Counted from the first letter of the stretch, positions 22,828 through 33,768 are shown. The stretch: DNA of 64,000 nt from Obrimoposthia wandeli (GCA_977020255.1 CDROCS010000122.1:496001-560000), one strand, 5' to 3'. The notes: a model not told the origin generated them from the letters alone. Numbers and translations are program-made.

Positions 22828-23976
22828 ATGATTATGAATACCCAAGCCACTACTGCTGAAACAACAAGCAGCTCTATGCGTTGGGTCCGCTGGGCAAACC
22901 TAGCGTTCATGCTTTACGTTTTACTTGTTGCCGTATCAATGGTGAGCAGCGGCTTTAAATGGTCGGTCGGTGAACAAGCTAAAACGCTATTTGAATTTGC
23001 ATCGCATCCTGTAGCTGGCCTAATGATTGGCTTGATTGCAACAGCTCTTATTCAATCTTCAAGTACAGTAACTTCAATTATTGTTGGCTTAGTTGCAGGC
23101 GGACTACCCGTAGAGACTGCAATTCCAATGGTGATGGGCGCAAATATCGGTACAACGCTAACCAATACAATTGTTAGCCTTGGTCATGCGCGCTGTAAAG
23201 TAGAGTTTCGTCGTGCATTTGCGAGTGCAACCGTACATGACATCTTTAACTTACTTGCCGTTGCTATTTTCCTTCCTTTAGAAATGATGTTTGGTTTACT
23301 GGATAAAATCTCTCAGTGGTTAGTATCGCCAATGCTGGAGGCTGGCGACATGAGCATGAAAGGCTTGAATTTTATGAAGCCATTAACTCAACCAGCAGTC
23401 GACATTGTTAAAGGACCATTAGAAACATTTGGTAACGTCGGTGGTATTGCTCTTATCTTCATCGGTATTGCGTTAATTTTCATGTCTATCACCACAATGG
23501 GCAAATTAATGCGCAGCCTAATGGTTGGGCGTGCGCGTGATATTCTAAAAAGCGCCATTGGTCGCGGTCCTCTACACGGTATTGCTTCTGGTGCAGTTGT
23601 TACCATCCTTGTTCAATCGTCTTCAACAACGACAAGTTTGATGGTACCGCTAGTAGGCACAGGCGTATTAAAAGTGCGTGATGTTTACCCGTTTACGTTA
23701 GGTGCTAACATCGGCACATGTATAACAGCACTACTGGCTGCAACAGCTATCTCTGGTGAGTACGCGGTATTTGCTCTACAGATTGCACTTGTACACTTAG
23801 TCTTTAATATACTGGCGACAGTTGTTATCTTCGGTATTCCGGTGCTACGAGAATTACCATTGAAAGGTGCATTCTTCTTAGGTGACTTAGCGACAAAGAG
23901 TAAAGCGGCAGTGGCTGGTTATATTGCCTTTATATTCTTGATTCTTCCTGGTTCTATCTTAGCGTTTACCGCCTAA
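22828..23976 (+). CDS. nptA: Na+/phosphate cotransporter (SLC34/NptA type)
   Basis: Two QSSS repeats, GANIGT twice; 382 aa; no PhoU domains. Confidence 0.9.
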   Translation: MIMNTQATTAETTSSSMRWVRWANLAFMLYVLLVAVSMVSSGFKWSVGEQAKTLFEFASHPVAGLMIGLIATALIQSSSTVTSIIVGLVAGGLPVETAIPMVMGANIGTTLTNTIVSLGHARCKVEFRRAFASATVHDIFNLLAVAIFLPLEMMFGLLDKISQWLVSPMLEAGDMSMKGLNFMKPLTQPAVDIVKGPLETFGNVGGIALIFIGIALIFMSITTMGKLMRSLMVGRARDILKSAIGRGPLHGIASGAVVTILVQSSSTTTSLMVPLVGTGVLKVRDVYPFTLGANIGTCITALLAATAISGEYAVFALQIALVHLVFNILATVVIFGIPVLRELPLKGAFFLGDLATKSKAAVAGYIAFIFLILPGSILAFTA

Positions 23977-24019
23977 TCGCTTATGTTCTGGTATATCGAT
24001 TAACTGATAATACCGACAT

Positions 24020-24057
24020 AAAAAAGCCCCGCATTGATAATCAATGCGGGGCTTTTT
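24020..24057. terminator. bidirectional terminator nptA/thyA
   Basis: AAAAAGCCCCGCATTGA-taa-TCAATGCGGGGCTTTTT. Confidence 0.9.
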
Positions 24058-24103
24058 GCTGATCTTTACATCACGATTTATCGTAAAAAATACGCCGACA
24101 CTT

Positions 24104-24955
24104 TTAAACCGAAAATGGATATTTTATCGCTTCATGATGCTCGTAGCCGATCACTTCAAAATCATCCATTGTTACCCACGTTTCCAAGTCTTCAAGGCTT
24201 TTAATTTTTGGGTTGATGATAAGTTTAGGTGCCGCAAAAGGGGTACGCGTTAATTGCACATCACGTAGCAAAGGCAGCTGATCTTCATAAACATGTGCAT
24301 TAATGATCTTATGGTAAGCCAGTCCTGGCTTCTTGCCAGTAATCTGTGCCATTAATGCCAGCAATGTATAAACCTGAACTTGGTTGAAGTTAAGCCCTAG
24401 AGGCACGTCACATGAACGTTGGTAGCTTGTTAGGTACAAGGTGTCACCAAGCAGTGAAAACGTGTGTGTGTGCATACAAGGACGCAAACACCCCATGTCA
24501 AACTCACCTGGGTTATAAAATGTCAGAATTTCACCACGGTCATCAATACCTTCAGACAGGTTATCGACAATTTTTCGCAACTGATCGATGGTACTACCAT
24601 CTGATTTCTGCCAGCTACGACCTTGAACGCCGTATACTCGCCCCATGTCATCTTCACCTTTACGGTGCGGATTATTCAACCATGCCAAATTATCATTCGC
24701 ATTCATGTCCCACGTTTTTGTTCCCAAGGCACGAAAATCAGCGGCATTGTCATAACCACGGATGTAACCAAGTAACTCAGCAATAGCCGATTTCCAGAAG
24801 CTTTTACGAGTGGTTATAAGCGGAAACTGATTATTAGCCACATCAAACGTTAAATCGGCATTAACAACGGTAAGGCACCGCTTATTGGTTCGTTTATTTT
24901 CAATCCAAACGCCGTCGTCAACAATACGCTGACAGAGTTCTAAATACTGTTTCAT
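24104..24955 (-). CDS. thyA: thymidylate synthase
   Basis: LRPCMH catalytic Cys, [14 protein letters not shown]. Confidence 0.98.
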   Translation of the reverse strand: MKQYLELCQRIVDDGVWIENKRTNKRCLTVVNADLTFDVANNQFPLITTRKSFWKSAIAELLGYIRGYDNAADFRALGTKTWDMNANDNLAWLNNPHRKGEDDMGRVYGVQGRSWQKSDGSTIDQLRKIVDNLSEGIDDRGEILTFYNPGEFDMGCLRPCMHTHTFSLLGDTLYLTSYQRSCDVPLGLNFNQVQVYTLLALMAQITGKKPGLAYHKIINAHVYEDQLPLLRDVQLTRTPFAAPKLIINPKIKSLEDLETWVTMDDFEVIGYEHHEAIKYPFSV

Positions 24956-25054
24956 CGTTTTACTCGCTATTAGCCCGCTTCATTCACAAGTGCTCTTGTG
25001 TTCGATGGTAAGAAGTTTACCAGTTACCCATTACGCGCGACAGGGAATGAAATC

Positions 25055-25090
25055 AAAAAAAAGACAGCACCGTAAGATGCTGCCTCTGTT
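25055..25090 (-). terminator. terminator between lgt and thyA
   Basis: GGCAGCAT-cttacg-GTGCTGTC then T7 on minus strand. Confidence 0.65.
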
Positions 25091-25114
25091 TGTATGTTTT
25101 AAAACGGGGGTCGT

Positions 25115-25915
25115 TTATGCCGTTTTAGGCTGTGCCTTGTAAGCCCATAACATCAGTAATGCACCAAAAATAATCATTGGAGAAGACAATATTTGCCCCA
25201 TACTGATCCAATCACCAAACAAGCCTAACTGCGCATCGGGTTCACGGAAGTATTCAATAATAAAGCGGAAACTACCGTAACCAATCAGGAATAGACCTGA
25301 TACAGCCCCAGCTGGACGTGGCTTACGAATAAAGATATTCAAGATAATAAGTAGCACGAACCCTTCAAGAAACGCTTCATAAAGTTGTGATGGGTGGCGA
25401 GGAAAAGGACCACCAGTAGGGAATACCATTGCCCATGGCACGTCGGTTACTCGTCCCCACAATTCACCATTCATAAAGTTACCCATGCGCCCCATACCTA
25501 AACCAAACGGTACAAGCGGTGCAATAAAGTCGGCAACAGAAAAGAAAGTACGTTTATTACGATGGCCATACCAAAGCATCGCAGTCATTACACCAAGTAA
25601 ACCGCCATGGAACGACATGCCGCCAGTCCATACTTGGAATAGATACAATGGATTTTCGAGGAAGAGTCCAAAGTTATAAAACAACACGTAGCCAATACGA
25701 CCACCTAATACGACACCAAGAAAGCCCGCGAATAACAAGTCACTCACTTGATCGCGAGTCCATCCACTGTTGGGTTTATCTGCTCGACGGTTCGCTAACC
25801 ACATGGCAAAAAGGAAACCCACTAAATACATCAAGCCATACCAGCGAATAGCCAGAGGACCGAGTTGAATTAAAACGGGATCAATTGTCGGAAAGGTTAA
25901 AAAGCCTTGGCTCAT
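25115..25915 (-). CDS. lgt: prolipoprotein diacylglyceryl transferase
   Basis: [34 protein letters not shown]. Confidence 0.98.
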   Translation of the reverse strand: MSQGFLTFPTIDPVLIQLGPLAIRWYGLMYLVGFLFAMWLANRRADKPNSGWTRDQVSDLLFAGFLGVVLGGRIGYVLFYNFGLFLENPLYLFQVWTGGMSFHGGLLGVMTAMLWYGHRNKRTFFSVADFIAPLVPFGLGMGRMGNFMNGELWGRVTDVPWAMVFPTGGPFPRHPSQLYEAFLEGFVLLIILNIFIRKPRPAGAVSGLFLIGYGSFRFIIEYFREPDAQLGLFGDWISMGQILSSPMIIFGALLMLWAYKAQPKTA

Positions 25916-25992
25916 TAAAATAATCTCTTAAAAAAGGTAACAATCTAAATAGGAAAACAGGTTACAACACGAGCTTCTCTTGCTCTTTCCAT

Positions 25993-26796
25993 TTATCCCA
26001 AAAACATTTTACTGCCAATCAATAACAGAAAAATGGCAAATATTTTCTTTAATGTCATTGTGGGTAAGCGGTTGACTAATGCAGCACCATAACGAGTGGT
26101 AATCACAGAGGTCGATACAATACCAATCAATGCGGGTAGATAAACATAACCAATACTCATTGGTGGCAAAGCGGCTTCATTCAAGCCTGAAAAAATAAAA
26201 CCAACCATACCCGCAACCGCAATAATTGCACCAGATAGCGATGCGCATCCTATTGCTCGTCGCATCTCAACGCCATGCCAGTTTAAATACGGCACCGTTA
26301 ACGAACCACCACCAATACCCGCAAGACTTGAAATTACCCCAATCACCCCACCACTACAAGCACAAGCAACAGAGCTAGGTATCGGGCGTTGGCTGGTCAT
26401 TCTCATCGATAGCAACATTTGTAGTGCTAGCAATAAAACAATAGTGGCAAATATTTTGGGTAATAACTCAACCGGCACCATTTCAGCAATAACGCTGCCA
26501 CCTAACCCACCAAGCACAATCCCCGGAGCCATGGATTTAACGATTGAAAAATCAACATTGCCCAGTTTAATGTGATTACGAGCCGAAGCGCCAGAGGTCA
26601 AAACAATACTGGCTAATGACGTTGCCAATGCCATGTGCATGACTAAACTGCTGTCGATACCCGCCTGAGGCAATAGCCAAACCAGTGCTGGCACAACTAA
26701 TAACCCTCCACCAATACCTAATAAACCTGCACACAATCCAACCAAAGAACCCAACAACAAACACATAGCAAATAGCCATAACGTGCTTTCTAACAT
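25993..26796 (-). CDS. TSUP (TauE/SafE) family membrane transporter
   Basis: Duplicated GLLGIGGG / SLAGIGGG motifs, multiple TM helices. Confidence 0.88.
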   Translation of the reverse strand: MLESTLWLFAMCLLLGSLVGLCAGLLGIGGGLLVVPALVWLLPQAGIDSSLVMHMALATSLASIVLTSGASARNHIKLGNVDFSIVKSMAPGIVLGGLGGSVIAEMVPVELLPKIFATIVLLLALQMLLSMRMTSQRPIPSSVACACSGGVIGVISSLAGIGGGSLTVPYLNWHGVEMRRAIGCASLSGAIIAVAGMVGFIFSGLNEAALPPMSIGYVYLPALIGIVSTSVITTRYGAALVNRLPTMTLKKIFAIFLLLIGSKMFLG

Positions 26797-26830
26797 CTAG
26801 TAACCTCTTTTATTATGCCTTGCACGCTTA

Positions 26831-29086
26831 TTATTTACCCGCACGGATAAAGCCACCCAACCCACGCTCTTCAACAAAATGGGTGGTCATCGTTCGTACA
26901 TCAACCGCTAGCGCTGCTCCTAAGGCAAACTGCGCTAACGACTCCATTTCTTGCACTGTTATATGGCGTAATATGTACTTTATTTTCGCCACATTACGGG
27001 TATTCATACTTAATGAACGGTATCCCATCCCTACCAGTAACAATACCCCAACAGGGTCACCAGCCAGTTCTCCACATAAACAAACAGGAATACCCATTTG
27101 TTTTCCTGCATCAATAATATGCTTTAACGCATTTAAAACTGCAGGGTGTAATGCATCATAGACATTCGCAACCCGTGCATTGTTCCGATCAACGGCTAAT
27201 AAATATTGTGTCAGATCGTTACTGCCAACCGAAATAAAGTCGACCCGCCCTTTTAGTAGCGGTAACTGATACAAAATAGAAGGCACTTCAATCATGATGC
27301 CAATACGTGGTCGCTGTAGTTCAAATCCTTGTTCTTTCACTTGCTGAGAGACTTCATCAAATGCCCGATCAATCAGCACTTTCGCATCATCTAACTCGGC
27401 AATCCCAGAGATCATTGGCAGCAGTATATCCATATTGTTCAGACCAATACTGGCTTTTAACATGGCACGAACTTGAATGAGAAAGATCTCAGGATGATCC
27501 AATGTAAAGCGAATACCTCGCCACCCCAAAAAAGGATTATCTTCTTCAATCGTCAGATAAGGTAAGGGCTTATCCCCACCAATATCCAATGTCCGCATAA
27601 CGACAGATTTATCAGGATACGTGGCTAGAATAGAATGATATTGCGCTGCCTGCTCTTCTTCTGACGGGAAACTTCGTTGCAATAAGAACGGTACTTCCGT
27701 TCGGTATAAGCCAACACCATCAACACCTCGGTTGACTGCAATATTGGTATCGGCACTCAAACCTGCATTCAAATGAATGTAAATTCGCTGATTATCTTTT
27801 GTGTATGACGCTTTACATAGCTCTCCCTCAACGGTCTTAGTGAGCTCATTTTCTTCATCAAGTAGACGTCGATATTCAGCCAATACATGCACGTTAGGGT
27901 TAATCAGAAAATCGCCGCTATAACCATCAACAATAACTTCACAGTTATGTACTTTCTCAGGGATGAAGTCGACCCCCATAATCGCAGGAATGCCCAAAGC
28001 ACGAGATAAAATTGCAGCATGGGAATTTGACGCACCTTCCTGCGCGACGACGCCAGCTAACATACCAGATGGAATCGTTGCTAACATTGCTGCCGTTAAT
28101 TCTCTCGTTAATAGAACGACGGGCTTATCCCATTTGTACTCCGTTGATTCTTCATTGTGAATGAAAAACAATAAACGCTGACCTAACTCTCGAATATCTT
28201 GAGCGCGCTCTTTTAAGTATTCATCTTTCATGTTGGCAAAGCGCGATGAATACGCTTCAACCACCTGTCGGATTGCCCATTCGGCTTTATCGCCACTTGC
28301 GATCTTGGCAAACAGATCTTTACGTAGCATAGGATCATTCAATAAGTGATTAAACAAATCGAAAATTGCTAAGGTTTCTTTTTGCAGTTCACTGTCAAAT
28401 CGTTTTCTTAAGCGGCGAAACTCTGCACTCGCCAAATCGATAGCGATACTTAATCGCTCTTGTTCTTCATTACGATCTAAACACGATGCGGGGAGTACAT
28501 GCTCCAACAGGGGTTGAGTATCATCCCACCATGCTTGTGCCACAGCCACACCAGGCGAAGCTGGCGAGCCCACTAAATGCATCCCATTATGTTGACCTGG
28601 CCACATACCTTGGGCTTTAGCGTGTGCAAAAACAACCGCTAGCTGTGCAGCCAATGTAACCATAAAAGATTCTTCACTTTCATCAAATTCACGTCGCTGG
28701 CGCTGCTGAATAACCAGCACCCCCAACACTTTACGTTGATGAATAATCGGCGTACCGAAGAAAGAGCCAAATGACTCTTCTCCGATATCAGGAAGGTGCT
28801 TGAAGTGCGGATGGGTACTTGCATCGGCAACATTGATGGGTTCAGCTCTGCTACCCACTAAACCCACTAATCCCTCGCTAAAGCCTAAGCTAACTTGGTG
28901 ATGAGGTTTCGTTAAACCCTGAGTCGCCATTAGGGTATATTCTTGTCTGTCATAATCAGCAATATACACAGAACAACACTCAGTATTCATTGCTTTACAT
29001 GTATTAATGACAAGCTGATCAAGCGCTTCAATTAGGGTTTGAGCGCTTGCGACTTTCTCAACGATCTCTCTAAGCTGTATCAGCAT
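26831..29086 (-). CDS. ptsP: PTS enzyme I-Ntr (GAF + PEP-utilising domains)
   Basis: N-terminal GAF, SNSHAAILSRALGIP phospho-His, GLYRTE, SVGSNDLTQY. Confidence 0.97.
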   Translation of the reverse strand: MLIQLREIVEKVASAQTLIEALDQLVINTCKAMNTECCSVYIADYDRQEYTLMATQGLTKPHHQVSLGFSEGLVGLVGSRAEPINVADASTHPHFKHLPDIGEESFGSFFGTPIIHQRKVLGVLVIQQRQRREFDESEESFMVTLAAQLAVVFAHAKAQGMWPGQHNGMHLVGSPASPGVAVAQAWWDDTQPLLEHVLPASCLDRNEEQERLSIAIDLASAEFRRLRKRFDSELQKETLAIFDLFNHLLNDPMLRKDLFAKIASGDKAEWAIRQVVEAYSSRFANMKDEYLKERAQDIRELGQRLLFFIHNEESTEYKWDKPVVLLTRELTAAMLATIPSGMLAGVVAQEGASNSHAAILSRALGIPAIMGVDFIPEKVHNCEVIVDGYSGDFLINPNVHVLAEYRRLLDEENELTKTVEGELCKASYTKDNQRIYIHLNAGLSADTNIAVNRGVDGVGLYRTEVPFLLQRSFPSEEEQAAQYHSILATYPDKSVVMRTLDIGGDKPLPYLTIEEDNPFLGWRGIRFTLDHPEIFLIQVRAMLKASIGLNNMDILLPMISGIAELDDAKVLIDRAFDEVSQQVKEQGFELQRPRIGIMIEVPSILYQLPLLKGRVDFISVGSNDLTQYLLAVDRNNARVANVYDALHPAVLNALKHIIDAGKQMGIPVCLCGELAGDPVGVLLLVGMGYRSLSMNTRNVAKIKYILRHITVQEMESLAQFALGAALAVDVRTMTTHFVEERGLGGFIRAGK

Positions 29087-29129
29087 AGTTAGTAGCCTTA
29101 CCTGCTATACCATTTAGGATGGTTCCGAT

Positions 29130-29654
29130 TTACCCTCGTTTGCTTTTGTAGCGTTTTAATTTTCTTTCGTTCCGTTCTTTAAACGGCATCGCTATTGCGG
29201 CAAACTCTTTCAAAGCCCGACGGTAAACATCGCGTTTAAAAGAAACAACTTGTCTCACCGGATACCAATAACTGACCCAACGCCAACCATCAAATTCCGG
29301 CGTGCTGCCACGCTGCATATTAACCCTTGACTCATCGCATTCCAGACTGAGCAAAAACCACTTCTGCTTTTGCCCGATACAAACAGGTTTGGAATCCCAC
29401 CTTACAAGACGCTTCGGTAACTTATACCGTAGCCAATGACGGCTAGAAGCTAAAATCCTGACATCTTTCTTGGTAAGTCCCACTTCCTCATACAATTCCC
29501 GGTACATCGCTTGTTCAGGAGTTTCTCCCTCATCAATACCACCTTGTGGAAACTGCCAAGAATGTTGTCCATATCGTCGAGCCCAGAAAACTTGGCCATG
29601 GCTATTACAGATAACTATCCCTACATTAGGGCGGTATCCATCGCCATCTATCAC
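29130..29654 (-). CDS. rppH: RNA pyrophosphohydrolase
   Basis: [15 protein letters not shown], Nudix box [22 protein letters not shown]. Confidence 0.98.
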   Translation of the reverse strand: MIDGDGYRPNVGIVICNSHGQVFWARRYGQHSWQFPQGGIDEGETPEQAMYRELYEEVGLTKKDVRILASSRHWLRYKLPKRLVRWDSKPVCIGQKQKWFLLSLECDESRVNMQRGSTPEFDGWRWVSYWYPVRQVVSFKRDVYRRALKEFAAIAMPFKERNERKLKRYKSKRG

Positions 29655-29691
29655 TGGACGACCTCAAGTATAAATATCTATTAACAGTGAT

Positions 29692-30173
29692 TTTTTCACA
29701 GATCGAGGGGGAGGGTAAACAAACATTCTAGTTTATGAACGTTTTTTACTACTTAGCCCCCACTTTATGGATAACTTTTCGACTGTGACCACTTTATGAA
29801 CAGGCTAATGAGACCTACCCCACATTTATTCACTCTTTCTGTGGATAGATTTGTGCAGAAGCGTTGGTAAACGCTTGTTTCATTAATTAATCACCCAATG
29901 CACATATAATAAAAAAACAAAAAAACAAAAAATAAATACTTAATTATCATAAAGATAAATAGTTAACGCTATTAATAAAGACTTTTATTAAACGATCGTA
30001 ATAACGTAAAAAGCAATGCAGGTCAAAGATCCACCAATTATAACTTTATCCACACTATAAATGCATATAACCTAAAATAACCAAACAAAAGCCGCCTAAA
30101 TAACCAACAAAACCCTGTTTGCTTATACAGCACCAATAAAATAAAAATATTTAGTCCATATGCCTGTGGATAT
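29692..30173. other. DnaA-box cluster, DARS2-like element
   Basis: Boxes at 29692-29700 (TTTTTCACA), 29766-74 (-), core triplet 29826-34 (+)/29840-48 (-)/29852-60 (-), perfect TTATCCACA at 30046-54, 30165-73 (-); E. coli DARS2 lies in the same rppH-mutH interval. Confidence 0.75.
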
Positions 30174-30508
30174 CTTTATTAAAGATCATTACATTTCTGT
30201 TTCACTCAATGAAATGTTTCGAAAAGACATCGATGAACATAGCGCAGAAACACAAAAAACACATTAAAATCAATAATAAAGAATGAATGTAACTATATGA
30301 AGCATCGCTATTTCTTCACTAAACACACGAGATCGTGCGAATATATTACATTCTTCTAAGAATTATCACTTCATCTCAGTCAGCAGATGCTTTTCACTTA
30401 CTATGTTAGTATATTCTTAAATAACTTTACCAAATCGTTTATCTTGGTAATTAGGTAACAACCTAGCTATTAACCTAATTTTTCATCAATACTCATTATT
30501 AAAATGTT

Positions 30509-31177
30509 ATGCAACCAACACCTAAATCAGAATCAGAACTGTTATTACGCGCCCAAGATCTCGCAGGATCGACATTAGGAGAACTTGCTGAGCAGGCTGG
30601 AATAATCACACCACCGGATCTTAAACGCGACAAAGGTTGGATTGGTCAATTACTTGAGTGGCATCTTGGTGCAGCGGCTGGCAGCAAACCCATTCCTGAT
30701 TTTCCTGAATTAGGGATCGAACTAAAAACTATTCCAATCGGATACAGTGGAAAGCCACTTGAAACCACATTTGTATGTGTTGCTCCGTTAATTGGCTTAC
30801 ATGGCTTAAATTGGGGTAATAGTCATATTCGCCATAAATTGGCCCGAGTATTGTGGGTGCCTGTTGAAGGTGAACGCGATATTCCACTCGCCGATCGTCA
30901 CGTCGGTTCTCCCTTACTTTGGAGTCCATCTATCGAAGAGGAGCAGCAGCTTCGCCAAGATTGGGAAGAGTTAATGGATATGATCGTATTAGGTCGAGTA
31001 GAACATATCACTGCTCGGCATGGCGAGGTACTCCAACTTCGCCCTAAAGCGGCTAATAGCCGAGCATTAACAGAAGCATATGGCGCAAATGGTCAACCAA
31101 TAAAAACCTTACCGCGTGGTTTTTATTTAAAAACCCACTTTACAGCTGCCATCTTAGCGCGTCATTTTATTCTCTAA
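30509..31177 (+). CDS. mutH: DNA mismatch repair endonuclease MutH
   Basis: [32 protein letters not shown]. Confidence 0.97.
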   Translation: MQPTPKSESELLLRAQDLAGSTLGELAEQAGIITPPDLKRDKGWIGQLLEWHLGAAAGSKPIPDFPELGIELKTIPIGYSGKPLETTFVCVAPLIGLHGLNWGNSHIRHKLARVLWVPVEGERDIPLADRHVGSPLLWSPSIEEEQQLRQDWEELMDMIVLGRVEHITARHGEVLQLRPKAANSRALTEAYGANGQPIKTLPRGFYLKTHFTAAILARHFIL

Positions 31178-31233
31178 TTCATCAGTAGCAAACCAATATT
31201 CATTGCGCTATCAGATCTATATAGCCAACATAA

Positions 31234-31536
31234 TCAAAGCGAGATAATCATATCTTCACGGCATGTTGATACCTTGCCGTCGAGTGAAAACTCATCGTAC
31301 GGATCAATAATACGCAATACAATCGATGTAATGCCTAGCGGGCGTAATAAGCTTTTAACATGTTCAATTGATTGAAAATTAAGCATTTTATCTTGATTAT
31401 CTTTTAATGGAACCAATTGATGCTTGTATTCTATTTCCATTAAATAACCAGTTTGCCCAGCGTAACTCGTTAATACACATTTAGGTATTTGACCTTCGCT
31501 CGACTTTAACCAATGTTTCAGTTGAGATAGCTTCAT
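31234..31536 (-). CDS. conserved hypothetical protein (DUF6482-like)
   Basis: 100 aa with YLMEI and DPYDEF motifs typical of this Vibrionaceae family (recognition only). Confidence 0.6.
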   Translation of the reverse strand: MKLSQLKHWLKSSEGQIPKCVLTSYAGQTGYLMEIEYKHQLVPLKDNQDKMLNFQSIEHVKSLLRPLGITSIVLRIIDPYDEFSLDGKVSTCREDMIISL

Positions 31537-31710
31537 CGCTATTCCTTAGCTTCGCTTTTAAAGCCTGAGTAATATTTCAGTCAATATAACTATGTGCCAT
31601 GTTTTGAGTGTCGGCAAGTTAGAATTTGACTGAAACTACAAATACATACTTCTCAAGATCTTGCTGCCTTGATATATTGAAATAACAGCACATCAGTCCA
31701 AGGAAGGCTC

Positions 31711-32745
31711 ATGGAATACCATAAAATCCCCTATTCATCCTTAGAAGTCAGTAAAATTTGTTTAGGAACAATGACTTTTGGTGAACAAAATACAGAATCA
31801 GAAGCACATGACCAACTCGATTTTGCTTTTGAGCGTGGTGTGAACTTTATTGATACTGCAGAAATGTACCCTGTTCCCCCTAAGCAAGAAACGCAGGGGC
31901 TCACAGAAACCTACATTGGTAACTGGCTCAAAAAATCAGGGAAACGTGATAAAATCATTTTAGCGACGAAAGTCGCAGGGCCTCGCTCGCTCCCCTATAT
32001 TCGTGATGATATGGCACTTGATCGCCGCAATATCCACGATGCCGTAGAAACCAGTTTAAACCGCTTACAAACAGACTATATCGATCTGTACCAATTACAT
32101 TGGCCGCAACGTGAAACAAACTGCTTTGGTAAATTGAATTACACGTACAGTGAAGATACAGTTGGTGTCACGATCACAGATACACTCGAAGCATTAGCGG
32201 AACTCGTCAATGCGGGGAAAATTCGTTACATCGGCTTATCGAACGAAACACCATGGGGGGTAATGTCATTTCTGAAATTAGCAGAGAAGCACAACCTTCC
32301 ACGTATTATTTCAATCCAAAACCCTTACAACTTATTAAATCGTAGTTTTGAAGTTGGCCTCTCAGAAATAAGCCATCATGAAGGGATTGAGTTACTGGCA
32401 TATTCACCTTTAGCTTTCGGTGCATTAAGCGGAAAATACTTGAACGGAACACGCCCTGATGGTGCTCGATGTACACTGTTCGAACGATTTTCTCGTTATT
32501 TCAATCCACAGGGTCTAGCAGCCACACAAGCTTATATTGATATCGCGAATAAACATGGTCTTGACCCTGCACAAATGGCACTCGCCTTTATTAATCAGCG
32601 TCCTTTTGTCGCTTCCAATATTATTGGCGCAACCAACCTCGAACAACTTGAGTCCAATATCTCAAGTCTAGATGTAACACTGAGTGATGACGTACTTACC
32701 GATCTTGAGTTAGTCGGTGTGACCTACTCAAACCCTTGCCCTTAG
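31711..32745 (+). CDS. tas: NADP(H)-dependent aldo-keto reductase Tas
   Basis: ICLGTMTFGEQN, DTAEMYPVPP, DLYQLHWP, LAYSPLAFG; mutH-tas synteny. Confidence 0.93.
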   Translation: MEYHKIPYSSLEVSKICLGTMTFGEQNTESEAHDQLDFAFERGVNFIDTAEMYPVPPKQETQGLTETYIGNWLKKSGKRDKIILATKVAGPRSLPYIRDDMALDRRNIHDAVETSLNRLQTDYIDLYQLHWPQRETNCFGKLNYTYSEDTVGVTITDTLEALAELVNAGKIRYIGLSNETPWGVMSFLKLAEKHNLPRIISIQNPYNLLNRSFEVGLSEISHHEGIELLAYSPLAFGALSGKYLNGTRPDGARCTLFERFSRYFNPQGLAATQAYIDIANKHGLDPAQMALAFINQRPFVASNIIGATNLEQLESNISSLDVTLSDDVLTDLELVGVTYSNPCP

Positions 32746-32746
32746 G

Positions 32747-32781
32747 AAAAAAATGCCCCTGCTTTTTAAAAAACAGGGGCC
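32747..32781. terminator. bidirectional terminator tas/DUF1127 unit
   Basis: GCCCCTG-ctttttaaaaaa-CAGGGGC with flanking A-run. Confidence 0.7.
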
Positions 32782-33023
32782 AATAACATTAACTCAACCA
32801 GCATGTATCTAGCTATAGTGGTACGTAGGTACATGTCTATATTGATACTGATAACTTTATCGAATTAACCTTTCGATCTCGAGACAGTTTTCGTCGCAAA
32901 ACATTGTAAAGTGTTACAACTCATGTCGTTAGATTAACGCGTTTTGATCTTTCCGATAAAGCCAAAATATGCTGGCTGAGTTATCGCGCCCTATTCTTAG
33001 CGAAATAGAATAAGACGCTAACA

Positions 33024-33269
33024 TTACGTTATAAGTCTAGATTTAAATCTTCGTCTAAGGTTATAGACTTTACGTTCTGCTGGACTAGTCGTTAAGCCTA
33101 CCTTCATTCGACCATCTCTCTCGACACCAATATCTTTTAATACGTGGCGAGATAGGTGAGGTAAATTCGCTAAAATACGACGACGTTCATGACGAAATAC
33201 TTCGTGTTCACGATGGATGTCTAGACGAATAAGTAGAACTGCAAGGTGTAAATAAACTGATTGGCGCAT
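33024..33269 (-). CDS. DUF1127-like small basic protein (81 aa)
   Basis: LPHLSRHVLKDIGV matches the DUF1127 LxxHxLxDIG core; Arg-rich; GGAGAG SD before ATG at 33269. Confidence 0.7.
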   Translation of the reverse strand: MRQSVYLHLAVLLIRLDIHREHEVFRHERRRILANLPHLSRHVLKDIGVERDGRMKVGLTTSPAERKVYNLRRRFKSRLIT

Positions 33270-33384
33270 AAGAATGCTCTCCATTTAATGATATTAAAGG
33301 AGGGATACAGATATGCTGACGAGAATTTGCTTACAACAGCTCACCGCGACAGATATCCGCGGCCCATAGACACAGCGGATGCTG

Positions 33385-33456
33385 TTAGTATTTAGTGAAT
33401 TGCTGAGTGGCATCAACAGCAGGACGCGTACAATTCATCATAGTGATAGTGTTCAT
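33385..33456 (-). CDS. putative leader peptide/uORF MNTITMMNCTRPAVDATQQFTKY (23 aa)
   Basis: CAGGAGG SD 5 nt before ATG; in-frame TAA; downstream of candidate promoter at 33500-33527. Confidence 0.65.
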   Translation of the reverse strand: MNTITMMNCTRPAVDATQQFTKY

Positions 33457-33499
33457 ATGTACCTCCTGAAGTGACGTTATAGTGTTGAAATGAGTGTTA

Positions 33500-33527
33500 A
33501 TTTTAACTAATAACCATTATTTAACAA
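33500..33527 (-). promoter_or_regulatory. candidate sigma-70 promoter for uORF-DUF1127 unit
   Basis: TTGTTA-N16-TAAAAT. Confidence 0.45.
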
Positions 33528-33723
33528 GCATATATTTCATCCAAAATGCATAACAAAGTTATATGCTATAACTCTTTTTTATACCTTTTAAATATATTGC
33601 AAAATTTCTTAATATCCGTGAACTAATAGCATAAGTGACCACTTTTTAATCACCCTGAAATTCACTATTTCCTGTCTTTATATCTGCTTATACTCATACC
33701 GTTCCTATGTTATTAACGAGCAT

Positions 33724-33749
33724 AAAAAACGCTATATAAGCGTTTTTTT
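33724..33749 (-). terminator. vpsR terminator
   Basis: AAAAAACGCT-atata-AGCGTTTTTTT. Confidence 0.7.
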
Positions 33750-33768
33750 ACAACAATGGGTTCATCGA

